A DNA stretch of 64,000 bases, from IMG/VR virus record IMGVR_UViG_2706795976_000001, positions 34,137-98,136 of that record, one strand, 5' to 3'. The translations under genes and the position numbers were made by a program. Positions 31,743 through 42,122 of the stretch are shown here, piece by piece. Numbering within the stretch: the first letter of the stretch is position 1; each line of letters starts with the position of its first letter. The notes below the pieces were generated by a model. That model was not told the DNA's origin and searched no databases. It saw only the letters and a list, made by a program, of their open reading frames with translations. This DNA is from a virus. Lineage: Duplodnaviria > Caudoviricetes.

Positions 31743-32296
31743 GCGAGAACACCAACGACTGCGCGATCATCGCGGCACAGGTCCTGGCTGCGGCTGCCAC
31801 GTTCGACGAGAAGCTCGCCGGGATCATGGCTGGCGAGACCGACCAGCAGTTCGCCTTCCGCATCCAGATGTGGTCCGAGGTCATCGCCATGGGGCCCTAC
31901 CCCCGGCTCAACGAGTGCCTGGCAGCCGTTCGCAAGCACTACGCCACGTCGGACTACCCGATCAAGCCGGTCGCGATCGTCGAGTATCTGAAGACCGTGG
32001 GTGTGGACTCCTCGAACGAGCGGTTCCGGGACTGGCTCTACGACCACGCCACCAAGTACCCACGGTCCCGCCAGATCGCAGTCAAGTCCGGACTCGAGCA
32101 GCCGTACTTCGATCACCTGTCTCGCGAGGAAGCCACCCGGGAGTTCGTGAAGTGGATTCAGGACCACGAGGATGAGCTCCTCGGCCGGTGCGTCGGCAAG
32201 CTCCAGGCCCGCCAAGATGAGATCCGCCGAGAGCTCGAATCGGTGTACGATCCGTACGGAGAATCACACAAACCAGATCTGGAGGGTCTCGAGTGA
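31739..32296 (+). CDS. Putative helicase loader-like protein
   Basis: Follows repA by GTGA overlap; 'W...I......CLAAVRKHY....PIKP' motif. Confidence 0.5.
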   Translation: MSENTNDCAIIAAQVLAAAATFDEKLAGIMAGETDQQFAFRIQMWSEVIAMGPYPRLNECLAAVRKHYATSDYPIKPVAIVEYLKTVGVDSSNERFRDWLYDHATKYPRSRQIAVKSGLEQPYFDHLSREEATREFVKWIQDHEDELLGRCVGKLQARQDEIRRELESVYDPYGESHKPDLEGLE

Positions 32297-32709
32297 CTCA
32301 GGAACCGCCCGTAGAGGGTCAGCAGTCGAGTGTAGGACGGCCGAAACGGGGCTCTCGGTCACTGAGTACCGGAGAGGGGGGTAAAGAGGCTCAGATTTCT
32401 GCAAACCTGAGGGATCCTCATGTTTCGAAGAAGCGGGCGCGACCTAAGACCGAGAGTCTGATCCTCCGGTGTGGGGGTTGTGACTCCGAGTGGTCGGGCC
32501 TGAACACCTGCCACTGCGCCGGGTGTCATCAGACCTTTTCGGGTCTGACGGCCTTCGTCAAACATCGGCCGACCACCGCCCGAAGTACAGGTACGGCGAA
32601 GTGCCATGCCCCCGATGGGGTCGGACTGGAGCTGAACGGCCGCTGGTACCCGTGCTGGGGTGAGCCGATGGATGAGGACAACGACTTCTGGGCGAGCGAC
32701 GATGAGTGA
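32293..32709 (+). CDS. Zinc-binding protein (FDxHR-like family)
   Basis: CGGC..WSG...CHCAGCHQTFSGLTAFVKHR. Confidence 0.6.
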   Translation: MTQEPPVEGQQSSVGRPKRGSRSLSTGEGGKEAQISANLRDPHVSKKRARPKTESLILRCGGCDSEWSGLNTCHCAGCHQTFSGLTAFVKHRPTTARSTGTAKCHAPDGVGLELNGRWYPCWGEPMDEDNDFWASDDE

Positions 32710-32888
32710 GCCATACTCAGACTTCCCCGAGGGTGTCTACGTCCTGTCTCAGGTGTGCTGGTCCTACGACAACTTCTTCCGCGAGAGTCTGGCACCGGGG
32801 AACGTCACCAAGTTCGAGGACTACGTAAAGACCCTGCTCGTGGAGGGCCCCATACTCGACTATGTGCTGCTGAGGTGGGAGGAGGATC

Positions 32889-34721
32889 ATGGCTAAGTCA
32901 TACACCGAGGACCAGATTGTCGATGCCGTTCACTGGCTGATCTACAAGGGAATGCAGCGCCAAGCCGACAGTCTCCTCGAGGCATACGTCGGCAGTGGCT
33001 GCCAGGAGTACATCAGCCTTGACCAAACGATGGCTAGGTTCGTAGACCACTCCATCCGAGACAAGAGGATCGAGGAGGAGCAGCGCAGGTCTTCGATGTC
33101 GTTTGTTGAGGCAGAGCAATGGGTGTGTGATGCGGCCCAAGGTGGTCCTCGCCTGGAAGAAATCATCGACCACGCGCGCAAACAGGACTGCTACAGGGAC
33201 TGGCAGCTCGTTATCGCTCGGTATGCGCTCCTCGATCGCCCCGACAACCACCACCCCATTCGCGAAGGGGACTGGGAAATCGAGTGGCTGGATGAGGTCA
33301 TGACCTGGGGTGGAGAGGTGCACCACCGAGCCAATCCGATCGCGAAGAGCATGATCTCCGGTAAGTCTGTCCATGGCAACCGATTTGAGCGCGAGAGGAA
33401 GAAGTGGCGGCACCTCTCGGCCTACCATCGAGACTTCGCTGCATGGTATTCCTCCCCTTACAAGTGGGACCGGAAGTACTTCGAATCCATTGCGCCCGAG
33501 AAGGATCGGAAGGAATGGAACGAGCGAGCCACCCTTGAGTCTAAGCAGGCCATCTCCGCCGCGAAGGTCATCCAGTCTCAGAAGGATGCCCTAAGCAAGC
33601 CGAACTCGCCCACCACGGCTGAACAGCTGAACCATCTCAAGTACGAACTACTCCGCAAGCCGAACCCGATCCCCATCTTTCCGGACACCTCCGCCTTCAA
33701 GAAGGCGATCCTGAGTGACCCGGGTGCCATCTGGTCGATTGACAAGCCCTACGGAACATGCAAGTGCTGCGAGAAGAAGGGCGAACTCCTCAACGCCGAT
33801 CAGCTATGTGAGAACTGCCAGGTGATGGTGGAGTCGCACATTACCGAGGAAGGGAGGGTTGCTCAGTCGTTCCAGAACCCCCCTGGACCCATGCCTAGGT
33901 TCGCGGCCATGTCCCCGGAAACCATCAAATTGTACGATGCTTTCAAGGAGAATGCCCGACCGACCCCCTACGCGCAGAACCTCTACGAGAAGGACTTTCG
34001 AGACGCAGCCATACACTTCGCCGACGAGAGTCACGACGGGTCCAACGTAAAGGACTGCCACTTTTGTGAGCTGCAGACCACGTGGATGGGGTGGGATCAC
34101 TACGGTCCGAACGGTGCTATGGTTCGGGCATTTGATGAGTGGTGCACCGACATCGGTATCGACTGTACTCCGGAGGTTAAGGCCGAGCACAAGCGCATGG
34201 CCAAGGAGCTCGACCAGAAGAACGAGTTGGCCCACATCGAGGCGTTCGAGGAGGTCTTGGATAATGCTGTTGTCAGAATCGACCCCGTCGAGCTAGACTC
34301 CTCTGGTAAGCCGCTGCCGAACGCGTTCCGGAAGCAGCCAGAGAAGGAGGTTGAAACCGAGGTGGATACATACGTCAGCACAGCAGAACTTGACCGGGCA
34401 CGGTTCGACGAGGGCTTCTTCTCTCAGCAGTCTAAGGTGAAGTTCCGCTCCTCCGTGATGGGTTTCATCACGACCGGAATTCTCTACTTCGGTTCCGCAG
34501 TAACAGAACTGTGGGCTACCCCGGTTACCATGGGTGCCGGTGGTGCAGGACTTGCGGCGTCTGCTGCCTTGTTCTTGCAGGCCGAGAAGAAAGCACGGGA
34601 GTCAGTCGAAGCACGCCGCCGAGTCATCGACGCCGAGGACAGGTACAACCGCGACCTGCACAGATCGATGGAGCAGTATGAACTACAGAAGACCAAGCAA
34701 CTCAAGGAGATAGAGAAGTGA
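32889..34721 (+). CDS. Large hypothetical protein with C-terminal TM segments
   Basis: 610-aa ORF with CxxC motifs and two hydrophobic helices near the C-terminus. Confidence 0.65.
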   Translation: MAKSYTEDQIVDAVHWLIYKGMQRQADSLLEAYVGSGCQEYISLDQTMARFVDHSIRDKRIEEEQRRSSMSFVEAEQWVCDAAQGGPRLEEIIDHARKQDCYRDWQLVIARYALLDRPDNHHPIREGDWEIEWLDEVMTWGGEVHHRANPIAKSMISGKSVHGNRFERERKKWRHLSAYHRDFAAWYSSPYKWDRKYFESIAPEKDRKEWNERATLESKQAISAAKVIQSQKDALSKPNSPTTAEQLNHLKYELLRKPNPIPIFPDTSAFKKAILSDPGAIWSIDKPYGTCKCCEKKGELLNADQLCENCQVMVESHITEEGRVAQSFQNPPGPMPRFAAMSPETIKLYDAFKENARPTPYAQNLYEKDFRDAAIHFADESHDGSNVKDCHFCELQTTWMGWDHYGPNGAMVRAFDEWCTDIGIDCTPEVKAEHKRMAKELDQKNELAHIEAFEEVLDNAVVRIDPVELDSSGKPLPNAFRKQPEKEVETEVDTYVSTAELDRARFDEGFFSQQSKVKFRSSVMGFITTGILYFGSAVTELWATPVTMGAGGAGLAASAALFLQAEKKARESVEARRRVIDAEDRYNRDLHRSMEQYELQKTKQLKEIEK

Positions 34722-35200
34722 GCAAGAAACCACTCGAGGTCAAGGAAGCCGAGCCCTGGATCGCCAGGGCCGAGATCGGCATGTCACTCGAGGAGATGGT
34801 CGAGAAGAAGGTGGCCGTGGTCGAGACCGAGGAGATGAGGATCGAGCGCCTGCTGCAGGAGAAGAAGTCTCGCGAGCTGCAGGACGAGCTCGCCCTGCTG
34901 ATCCACGACACTCGTTGGGGTCGGATGTGGTTCTGGGTGCTGCTCTTGTTGACGATCGCATCAGTAGGGTGCCTCGGTGTCGGTGGATACCACTCCTACG
35001 TGTTCGAGGGGATCAATCCGGCCGCTGGATACCCGGCGTGGATCTCTATACTCAACACCGTGGGGGGTGTCGGAACGGTTGTTGCCGGGTGCGGTTTCCT
35101 CTTCGCTGTTGCCTGTTACTCAGACTCCAAGGTTCGAACCCTCAAGAAGCGCCACGAGATCCGGGAACACTACATCACGGCCGGGAGGATCATCGAATGA
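34718..35200 (+). CDS. Membrane protein (2 TM)
   Basis: Two hydrophobic stretches. Confidence 0.6.
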   Translation: MSKKPLEVKEAEPWIARAEIGMSLEEMVEKKVAVVETEEMRIERLLQEKKSRELQDELALLIHDTRWGRMWFWVLLLLTIASVGCLGVGGYHSYVFEGINPAAGYPAWISILNTVGGVGTVVAGCGFLFAVACYSDSKVRTLKKRHEIREHYITAGRIIE

Positions 35201-35709
35201 GCACCGACGAGACCAGGATCGACATCGCGTTCGACCCACGTGAGCAGCGAATGCACGGCTGGACCGCTCACCATGGCATCGAGTTCGACGTCCCCTACAT
35301 GACGGAGATCGTACCCGGTTTGTGGCAGGGCGGGTGTCGAGATGGACTGGTGTTGCCGACCAACATCGACCACCTCGTCTCGCTGTACCCATGGGAGTCC
35401 TACACCGTGGGCCATGAGCTCAAGTCGAAGCTCGAGGTCCGCATGAAGGACAGCTTGTCGCAGACCTTCGAACAGGTGGAGGTCTTGGCCGACTGGGTCA
35501 ACTCCTGTCGGAAGACGGGGCAGGTGTTGGTGCACTGTCAGGCGGGACTGAACCGCTCGAGTCTGGTTGTGGCGGCGGCGCTGCTGGCGGAAGAGGGCCA
35601 TGGGTACAGTCCCGAGCAGGTAGTTACGATGATCCGTACCATGCGATCTCCTGCCTGCCTATGTAACTCGGCGTTCGAGGAGTGGCTGATGAGTCGGGGG
35701 TGCGCGTGA
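35197..35709 (+). CDS. Dual-specificity (Cys-based) phosphatase
   Basis: EIVPGLWQGG; VLVHCQAGLNRS (HCx5R). Confidence 0.88.
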   Translation: MSTDETRIDIAFDPREQRMHGWTAHHGIEFDVPYMTEIVPGLWQGGCRDGLVLPTNIDHLVSLYPWESYTVGHELKSKLEVRMKDSLSQTFEQVEVLADWVNSCRKTGQVLVHCQAGLNRSSLVVAAALLAEEGHGYSPEQVVTMIRTMRSPACLCNSAFEEWLMSRGCA

Positions 35710-35944
35710 ACACCCACATCAAGCTGTCGAATGGATCGATCTGGCCGCGCCCCGCACTGGAGTCCGATGAGGAGTACGGTGTGGGGAATCGGTTGCGCTA
35801 CCTACCGCAAGACAAACTCACTCGCGAAGACCTACTCCTGGCCGCAGCAATCTGCGATGCCTACGGGTACATGATCGTGAGCATGACGCAGCGGGCCAGG
35901 AATGCAGCGTGCAGTGAGATTCGAGCGAAGTTGAGGGCAGGCGA

Positions 35945-36184
35945 ATGAATCAGATCCAAGCGTTCCGTGACACTATCCTGCTGGCCGAGCAGAATGGCAT
36001 GCCTGAGGGCATCGGCAGTCCATTCGGGTTGGCACACGTCCGGGACATGTACCAGCAGGCCTGTGATGGGAACTTCTCCGAGGCCAAGCTGGGTCGGTGG
36101 CTCGGGTGGGCTCAGTGTGCCGTTGCGGCTGCGGGGGTATGCGACTTGTACACCATGAAGATCATCAATAAGATGTGGTCATGA
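35945..36184 (+). CDS. Conserved phage hypothetical protein
   Basis: 'K.GRWLGW.Q' motif. Confidence 0.55.
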   Translation: MNQIQAFRDTILLAEQNGMPEGIGSPFGLAHVRDMYQQACDGNFSEAKLGRWLGWAQCAVAAAGVCDLYTMKIINKMWS

Positions 36185-36627
36185 GCGAACCAGTAGACAC
36201 CAAGCAGCAAGTGCGCGCCTTCCTCAACTGCATTACTCCCGGGCCGTGGAGTTCGAACATGTGGGGTGAGGTTACCCGATACACCAAGGACGGCGAGAAG
36301 GCCATTGTTGCCACGGGGTGCGGCATCGTCGATGGGTCGTACATTGCCAAGTCCCGGGAGTGGTTCGGGATACTGCTCGCCGAGATCGATCGCCTCGAGG
36401 CTGAGGTGGAGAGGCTCACCGATCGAGGCCCATCGGTCCCGGCTGTGACTTTCATGGAGTTGTACCGTCGCGGCGAGGTCGAGGAAGAAGAGATCCTAGA
36501 CTTCACAGACTTCTGGCACACGGAGTATGATGGGAACCTCGGCCTGTATGAGTACCTGGGCTTCACCAGGGACCAGGGCAAGCGCTGGGTCGAGACCGGG
36601 AGACTTCCAGAGAGGGACGAATGCTGA
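36181..36627 (+). CDS. Hypothetical protein
   Basis: Ead/Ea22-like 'TPGPW...LLAEIDRL' segment. Confidence 0.5.
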   Translation: MSEPVDTKQQVRAFLNCITPGPWSSNMWGEVTRYTKDGEKAIVATGCGIVDGSYIAKSREWFGILLAEIDRLEAEVERLTDRGPSVPAVTFMELYRRGEVEEEEILDFTDFWHTEYDGNLGLYEYLGFTRDQGKRWVETGRLPERDEC

Positions 36628-37052
36628 AGCTGCTGATCACGGGGTCGCGGGACTACGACAATGCTGTGTTCATGCACAGCACACTCGGCTGGGCGTTGGA
36701 GTGGCTGGCTGAACACTACCCGGCCGCCGACCCACTGTGGAACAAGAACTCGGTACTCCTCATCGAGGGTGAGTGTCCACATGGCGGGGCTGATACGCTG
36801 GCCCGGGATGCGTGGTGGAAGGAGCGGCGACCCGTCCTTGGTGTCCCTGCCAACTGGAAGGCGCTCGGAAAGCGTGCCGGTCCGGAGCGCAACACCTTCA
36901 TGGTGGACATGCGGCCGGACCTGACACTCGGCTTCCCGCTCGAGGGCAGCCGGGGTACTTGGGACTGCCTCCGCAAGAGTTCTGATGCAGGCATCCCCAC
37001 CTTCTACGTGTGGGATGAGACCGGCGAAGTTGTGCCGTACAGGGCTAGCTGA
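36621..37052 (+). CDS. SLOG-superfamily (YspA/DUF2493-like) protein
   Basis: ITGSRDY, G..GGAD, PANW...GKRAGPERN..MV, SRGT. Confidence 0.78.
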   Translation: MLKLLITGSRDYDNAVFMHSTLGWALEWLAEHYPAADPLWNKNSVLLIEGECPHGGADTLARDAWWKERRPVLGVPANWKALGKRAGPERNTFMVDMRPDLTLGFPLEGSRGTWDCLRKSSDAGIPTFYVWDETGEVVPYRAS

Positions 37053-37453
37053 TGGGCTGGGCTGTAGGGTTCGATTCAAACTGGGGCCGGGACATCGGGT
37101 ATGGTGTCCCATCCATCTGCGATCAACCCGGGTGTGATGAGCACATCGATCGCGGACTGGGGTACGTCTGCGGCAGTGACGTATACGGCGGGGAGTATGG
37201 CTGTGGACTGTTCTTCTGTAGCCTGCACAGGTCGTGGGTGGTGGTGGAGGAGGAGCGCGAGGACGAGGAGACCCTGATGGGCATGCCCGCGCTCTGTGAT
37301 AGATGCGTATGGGGGAAGAAACCACACACTCCCAGCCCCGACACTCGCGAGTGGATGGAGTGGAAGCTCACAGACGAGAGTTGGGAGCCGTGGCGAGACG
37401 ATCACCCCGACGAAGTGGCTAGGTATCGAAGGGTTCTGAACGGAGAAGAGTGA
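37052..37453 (+). CDS. Cys-rich conserved phage protein
   Basis: MGW..G...RDIGYGV..ICDQPGC...IDRGLGYVCG...GCGLFFC. Confidence 0.65.
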   Translation: MGWAVGFDSNWGRDIGYGVPSICDQPGCDEHIDRGLGYVCGSDVYGGEYGCGLFFCSLHRSWVVVEEEREDEETLMGMPALCDRCVWGKKPHTPSPDTREWMEWKLTDESWEPWRDDHPDEVARYRRVLNGEE

Positions 37454-39114
37454 GCGAGACCGCGTACGACAGGGTCATCGAAGCATTCCGGAGAGAGGGA
37501 TGCAATGTCTACGAGAAGGGCCCTGGTCAGGCAGCGGTCCAGGCACCAGGTCACACTGATGCCGACAAATCGGTGTCGGTCACCGCAATTGAGGGGCAGG
37601 TTCTTGTCCACTCTCACTCCGACCCCACTGATGAAGTCCTCGAGCGTATCGGGATCGCCCCGGCCGACCTCTTCGACAGTCCGAAGGGTGTGGACTACAA
37701 GTATGAAGACGGCCGGGTTGTTCACCGCAGCACCGACAAGAAGTTCCACCAGCAGGGCAACACACAGGGCTCCAAGCTGTATCGTGCATCCAAACTGGCT
37801 GCGGCGGAAGAGGTGTGGTTCTGTGAGGGCGAGAAGGATGTCCACGCACTCGAGAGCGTAGGACTGGTCGCCACCACGAACGCTGGTGGTGCAGGCAACA
37901 TCAAGAAGTTCGACCTCTCCCCACTGCACGGCAAGAAGATCATGATCATCAGAGATGATGATGATGCTGGGGTCAAGCATGCGAACGAGCTTTGGACTGC
38001 ACTGGCCGACCAAGCGCAGAGCATCACAGTGTTCACGGCCGCTGAGGGTAAGGATGCGGCCGACCATATCGCATCCGGGCACACGCCTGCGGATTTCGTG
38101 GAGGACCCAGACTTCCGCAAGCGACAGGTACAGCGCGAGCTCTACCGTGTCATGGTCAACGAGAAGGACCTCGACCTCGAGTCCTGGATCTCCACTGTCG
38201 AGGGGACGATCAAGAGCCTCCGACCACCTCAGCCTCCATCCAGGCTGCTCCATGAGTGGGACGACGTCGTCAAGGAGTGGTGGAAGTGGTATGACACCCC
38301 ACAGGACAAGCAGCGGGTCATCCCCACACCATGGGAGAGCGTGGACACCCTACTCAACGGCGGGTACCATGCTGGGAGCTTCACCCTGTTCGGTGCACGG
38401 CCAGGTGTGGGCAAGTCCATAGCCTTGAGCGAGTCGTCTCTAGTCTCCGCCCTTTCGTACCATCCAACGCTTCTGCTCTCCCTGGAGATGGGTAGAGTGG
38501 AAGTTGCTAGTCGCATCCTGGCAGCTGGTGGTCTCGTCAACCTGGGACAGATCACCCGGCGTGAGCTCGACGCATACAACGTTGAGGCCATGGCGATGTT
38601 CATGGAGGAGGCCAACCATATGCCCCTCGTGATCGGAGACACCCCGAACCTCGACATCAAACAGATGCGGATCTACATCGAGCAGCTCAAGTCGAGAGAC
38701 ATCGGGCTCGACATGGTGTGCCTGGACTACGCGCAGCTAATGAAGGGGCTGAAGGGTCAGCGTGGGCTCGAGGTCCACCAAACCATCTCCCGGGAGTGCA
38801 AGAGCATGTCTCGCGAGTTCGACGTTGCAATTATCGCTGCAGTCCAGATCAACCGCGACTCGGTCAAGGAGGGTGGGCACGCAGGCATCCACTCGATCCG
38901 GGACTCGGGCACCTACGAGCAGGATGCTGATGTAGTATGTATCATGTCGCTCGAGATCGATGAGATGGATCACCTCCCCACCGGAACGATCTTCATGGAC
39001 TTCGCGAAGAACCGCAAGGGCTCGATGAAGAAGATGTCTATGGATTGGAACCCACACCATGCCCGGATCGACCAGGGGACAAGATTCAGTGACCGAGATT
39101 CAGAAGGTCGCTGA
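37450..39114 (+). CDS. DNA primase-helicase (TOPRIM + DnaB-like)
   Basis: CEGEKD, DDDDAG, KDAAD; Walker A GARPGVGKS, DYAQLM, QINR, RDSGTYEQDAD, KNR.G. Confidence 0.92.
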   Translation: MSETAYDRVIEAFRREGCNVYEKGPGQAAVQAPGHTDADKSVSVTAIEGQVLVHSHSDPTDEVLERIGIAPADLFDSPKGVDYKYEDGRVVHRSTDKKFHQQGNTQGSKLYRASKLAAAEEVWFCEGEKDVHALESVGLVATTNAGGAGNIKKFDLSPLHGKKIMIIRDDDDAGVKHANELWTALADQAQSITVFTAAEGKDAADHIASGHTPADFVEDPDFRKRQVQRELYRVMVNEKDLDLESWISTVEGTIKSLRPPQPPSRLLHEWDDVVKEWWKWYDTPQDKQRVIPTPWESVDTLLNGGYHAGSFTLFGARPGVGKSIALSESSLVSALSYHPTLLLSLEMGRVEVASRILAAGGLVNLGQITRRELDAYNVEAMAMFMEEANHMPLVIGDTPNLDIKQMRIYIEQLKSRDIGLDMVCLDYAQLMKGLKGQRGLEVHQTISRECKSMSREFDVAIIAAVQINRDSVKEGGHAGIHSIRDSGTYEQDADVVCIMSLEIDEMDHLPTGTIFMDFAKNRKGSMKKMSMDWNPHHARIDQGTRFSDRDSEGR

Positions 39115-39317
39115 GCTCAACGCCCTCCCGATCGGCTCGATCATCCACGAACAGTTGGGTACGACGCGGATCATGCAGAAGTTACACGCGCCCATTGAGG
39201 ACTCACTCAAGATGAAGTGCGCGTACGCCTGGTACAAGCCAGGTTCATCAACACCCATCCCGGATCTGGAAGTGCAGCTTCCTGTTTGGGTGATTTCACT
39301 ACCCTAGAAAGGCTTCC

Positions 39318-39617
39318 ATGCCAGACCAAGATAAGCTCGTCATCCTCTACACGCAACCGGAATGCCAGGGCTGCCGGATGACTAAGAAGTACTTCACTGA
39401 GCATGGGGTCGCACATGAGGTGTATGATGTGTCTGAACCCGAGAACCAGAAGGGGTACAACAAGGTGAAGAAGCTCGGCTACTCCTCCGCCCCGGTGGTC
39501 ATCATCAAGAAGAACGGCCGACGAGTCGACCACTGGACCGGGTACAGCATCACCAAGATCCAGGCACACTTCCCGAAGAGCGAATACCCCCGACTGCCCA
39601 AGGAGCAGAGAGCATGA
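39318..39617 (+). CDS. nrdH: NrdH-like glutaredoxin
   Basis: YTQPECQGCRMTK...GYSSAPVV...HWTG. Confidence 0.88.
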   Translation: MPDQDKLVILYTQPECQGCRMTKKYFTEHGVAHEVYDVSEPENQKGYNKVKKLGYSSAPVVIIKKNGRRVDHWTGYSITKIQAHFPKSEYPRLPKEQRA

Positions 39618-39862
39618 GTCAAGTCGAGTACAAGAGCAGCGGCGCAGGTGGGGGTGTGGGGTTCTTCAGCATCCTCTTCTTCATCTTCCTCGTCCTGAAG
39701 CTGACCGAGGTCATCAATTGGTCTTGGTGGTGGGTAACTGCCCCGCTATGGCTCCCTCTCGTGGTCTCGCTGGCCGTCGGAGTGGTCGCCGGTCTGATCT
39801 TCCTGGTGGCCTGGTTGATCCCGGACAAAGGGGTTTCGCCCGCAAAAAAGAACCGAAGTTGA
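39614..39862 (+). CDS. Small membrane protein
   Basis: FLVLKLT.VI.WSWWWV.APLW. Confidence 0.75.
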   Translation: MSQVEYKSSGAGGGVGFFSILFFIFLVLKLTEVINWSWWWVTAPLWLPLVVSLAVGVVAGLIFLVAWLIPDKGVSPAKKNRS

Positions 39863-39877
39863 GAGAAAATAGTTAGC

Positions 39878-40366
39878 ATGGCTAACAGGACGGTAACCCC
39901 GCCTGAGGTTAGGTTCTGGGCCAAGGTGGACAAGAACGGCCCCTTGCCGGAGCACAATGAGGACCTAGGCCCTTGCTGGCAGTGGACTGCAGGGCTGACC
40001 AAGCAGAGGTATGGAGGGTTTCACCCCAAAAAGGGTACGACCGTGCTTGCCCACAGGTATGCTTATGAGATTCTAGTTGGACCTCCACCTGAGGGCAAAT
40101 CAGGTCAAACACTGGACCATCTTTGCCGAAACCGCCAATGCGTAAATCCGAAACACCTAGAGCTGGTCTCGAATATGGAAAACCTGTCCAGGGGGGCCGG
40201 TTATGCCATACGCAACGGCATGAGAAGTGGATGCAAGCACGGACACGAGTACACGCCTGAGAATACTTATATACCTCCTGATGGAGGATCGATTCGATGC
40301 AGAAAATGCGCCCGCAACAGAGACCGGGGCAGGGTACGACCAAGCAAACGAGCTAGGAGTAAATAA
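39878..40366 (+). CDS. HNH endonuclease
   Basis: RFWAKV...CWQWT...AHRYAY...DHLCRNRQCVNPKHL...C..GH...C..C. Confidence 0.88.
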   Translation: MANRTVTPPEVRFWAKVDKNGPLPEHNEDLGPCWQWTAGLTKQRYGGFHPKKGTTVLAHRYAYEILVGPPPEGKSGQTLDHLCRNRQCVNPKHLELVSNMENLSRGAGYAIRNGMRSGCKHGHEYTPENTYIPPDGGSIRCRKCARNRDRGRVRPSKRARSK

Positions 40367-40888
40367 ATGGCAAACGATGTGCATGTCACAGTGACCGGTA
40401 ATCTGGCCGGTCCAGTTGAGTTGAGGTTCACTCCGAGTGGGGTTGCGGTAGCCAATTTCACTGTGGTGTCAAATCCCCGGAGATTCGACAAGCAAACGAA
40501 TTCCTGGATTGACGAGGAGCCATGGTTCGTACGTTGCAACATCTGGCGTGACGCGGCCGAGAATGCCGCAGAGTCGCTTGACAAGGGCACTCGAGTGATC
40601 GTCCAGGGGCGTCTCAAGTCCCGGTCATATACCACCAACGAAGGCGAGGATCGAACGGTCCTTGAGCTCGAGGTCGATGAGATCGGACCCTCGCTGCAGT
40701 GGGCCACTGCTAAGGTTCAGCGCACCGAACGAGGCGGCGGAAACCGAGGCGGAGGCGGTTGGGCCAACAACGCCCAGCAGTCGTCGGTCCAGGAGACCTC
40801 GCAGGCCGCACAGAACTTCGCCGGGGCGGGGATGACCTCCGGTGCGGATGATCCCTGGGGCGGCGGCACATCCGGCCCTCCGTTCTGA
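40367..40888 (+). CDS. ssb: Single-stranded DNA-binding protein
   Basis: GNL...[13 protein letters not shown]...[20 protein letters not shown]...EIGPSL; ends PPF. Confidence 0.95.
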   Translation: MANDVHVTVTGNLAGPVELRFTPSGVAVANFTVVSNPRRFDKQTNSWIDEEPWFVRCNIWRDAAENAAESLDKGTRVIVQGRLKSRSYTTNEGEDRTVLELEVDEIGPSLQWATAKVQRTERGGGNRGGGGWANNAQQSSVQETSQAAQNFAGAGMTSGADDPWGGGTSGPPF

Positions 40889-40890
40889 CC

Positions 40891-41193
40891 ATGTTCTCCC
40901 TCAATCTGCCCGCCATCGCGGTGAACCATAACGTCATCGCGGCGGTGAGGGCATCCCTGGAGGAAGATGGACTCGAGTGGGGCGATCTGGCCGACATGGT
41001 GTGCGACATCCACGCAGCCCTGTACAAGGCCACCTTCGCCGCCACCGAGGGCGTCGAGAACAATCGGCTCGATCCTACGATTGGAGTGATGGTGCAGTCG
41101 CTCGTAGTTCAGATCGTCAATGAGGCCATGCGCCTCGGGGCAGAGAGGCACGTGTTCAACAACGTGCTCAGTGTCCCAGTGCAAGAAGAGTAG
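40891..41193 (+). CDS. Hypothetical protein
   Basis: ORF directly after ssb. Confidence 0.5.
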   Translation: MFSLNLPAIAVNHNVIAAVRASLEEDGLEWGDLADMVCDIHAALYKATFAATEGVENNRLDPTIGVMVQSLVVQIVNEAMRLGAERHVFNNVLSVPVQEE

Positions 41194-41203
41194 TCGGCCC
41201 AGG

Positions 41204-41500
41204 GTGGCCACTCACGATAGGGATTGGTGCATCAACGCCTGGTGTCGAGGTAAGGATCCCTCTCGTTGGGATTCTGACAACCGTGGCGGACGGCAGGCAG
41301 ATGATGCCAAGAAGGCCTGTGCACCATGCCCACTCACAGTTCGTCAACAATGTGCCCACTACCACACCAAGGACCTCAAGAATCGACCGCCTGTAGGTGT
41401 GGTCGTCTGCGGGATCCCGGTGGTGGGTAACAGTACCAGTCAGGAATGGAGAATCCAGGTCGGCATGCTGATGCAGATAGCCAAAGGGAGCGAACTGTGA
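41204..41500 (+). CDS. WhiB-family transcription factor
   Basis: W...AWC...D...AKKACAPCP...QC...GVVVCG; four Cys. Confidence 0.7.
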   Translation: MATHDRDWCINAWCRGKDPSRWDSDNRGGRQADDAKKACAPCPLTVRQQCAHYHTKDLKNRPPVGVVVCGIPVVGNSTSQEWRIQVGMLMQIAKGSEL

Positions 41501-41757
41501 GCTACACGAGGGCACTGAGATACAAGGGCGATCTGGTACACACGTTCCATGAAAACCCAGGGAAGGTGTATGGACCATCCGAGGAGTCGGGGGAGTACTT
41601 CGAATTCGCCTCAGGTGCATACGATTCCGACAAGGACATCACCACTGTCCTGTTCCGGAGCATCCCCCGCCGTCAAGGGCTGCAGCGGCTACTCCAGGAA
41701 GACGGCGAGAACCTCAAGAAGATGATGAAGTTGCAACAGGCAGGACTGATCGAATGA
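41497..41757 (+). CDS. Hypothetical protein
   Basis: Coupled ORF. Confidence 0.5.
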   Translation: MSYTRALRYKGDLVHTFHENPGKVYGPSEESGEYFEFASGAYDSDKDITTVLFRSIPRRQGLQRLLQEDGENLKKMMKLQQAGLIE

Positions 41758-42122
41758 AACCCCAGAAGTGGCAGAAGCGGCCGGTGGTCATCGAGGCCAT
41801 GAGGATGCCGGAGAAGTACCCGACCGGAGTGGATGCATCCTCGGATGGGTACCAGCGCAATATCGAGGCAGCTGCAGTCTTGGACTGGCTGCGGAGTCAT
41901 CTCGGCGAAGGATTTGACCCTATCTACGAACCAACTCCAGGTTCGGGCTGGACGATTGATCCCGCCACCGGATACCTCCAGATAGCCACACTCGAGGGCT
42001 TGATGACGGTCAAGCCGGGGGACTGGGTGGTTCGGGGGATCGCTGGAGAGTTTTACCCGGTAAAGGACTCTATCTTCCGAGATACCTACGATCCTCAATT
42101 CACTGGAGTGAAGTACCCATGA
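41754..42122 (+). CDS. Conserved phage protein (PGDW/PGDYG-like)
   Basis: KRPVVIEA...IATLEG.M...PGDWVVRG..GEFYPVK..IF..TY. Confidence 0.75.
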   Translation: MKPQKWQKRPVVIEAMRMPEKYPTGVDASSDGYQRNIEAAAVLDWLRSHLGEGFDPIYEPTPGSGWTIDPATGYLQIATLEGLMTVKPGDWVVRGIAGEFYPVKDSIFRDTYDPQFTGVKYP

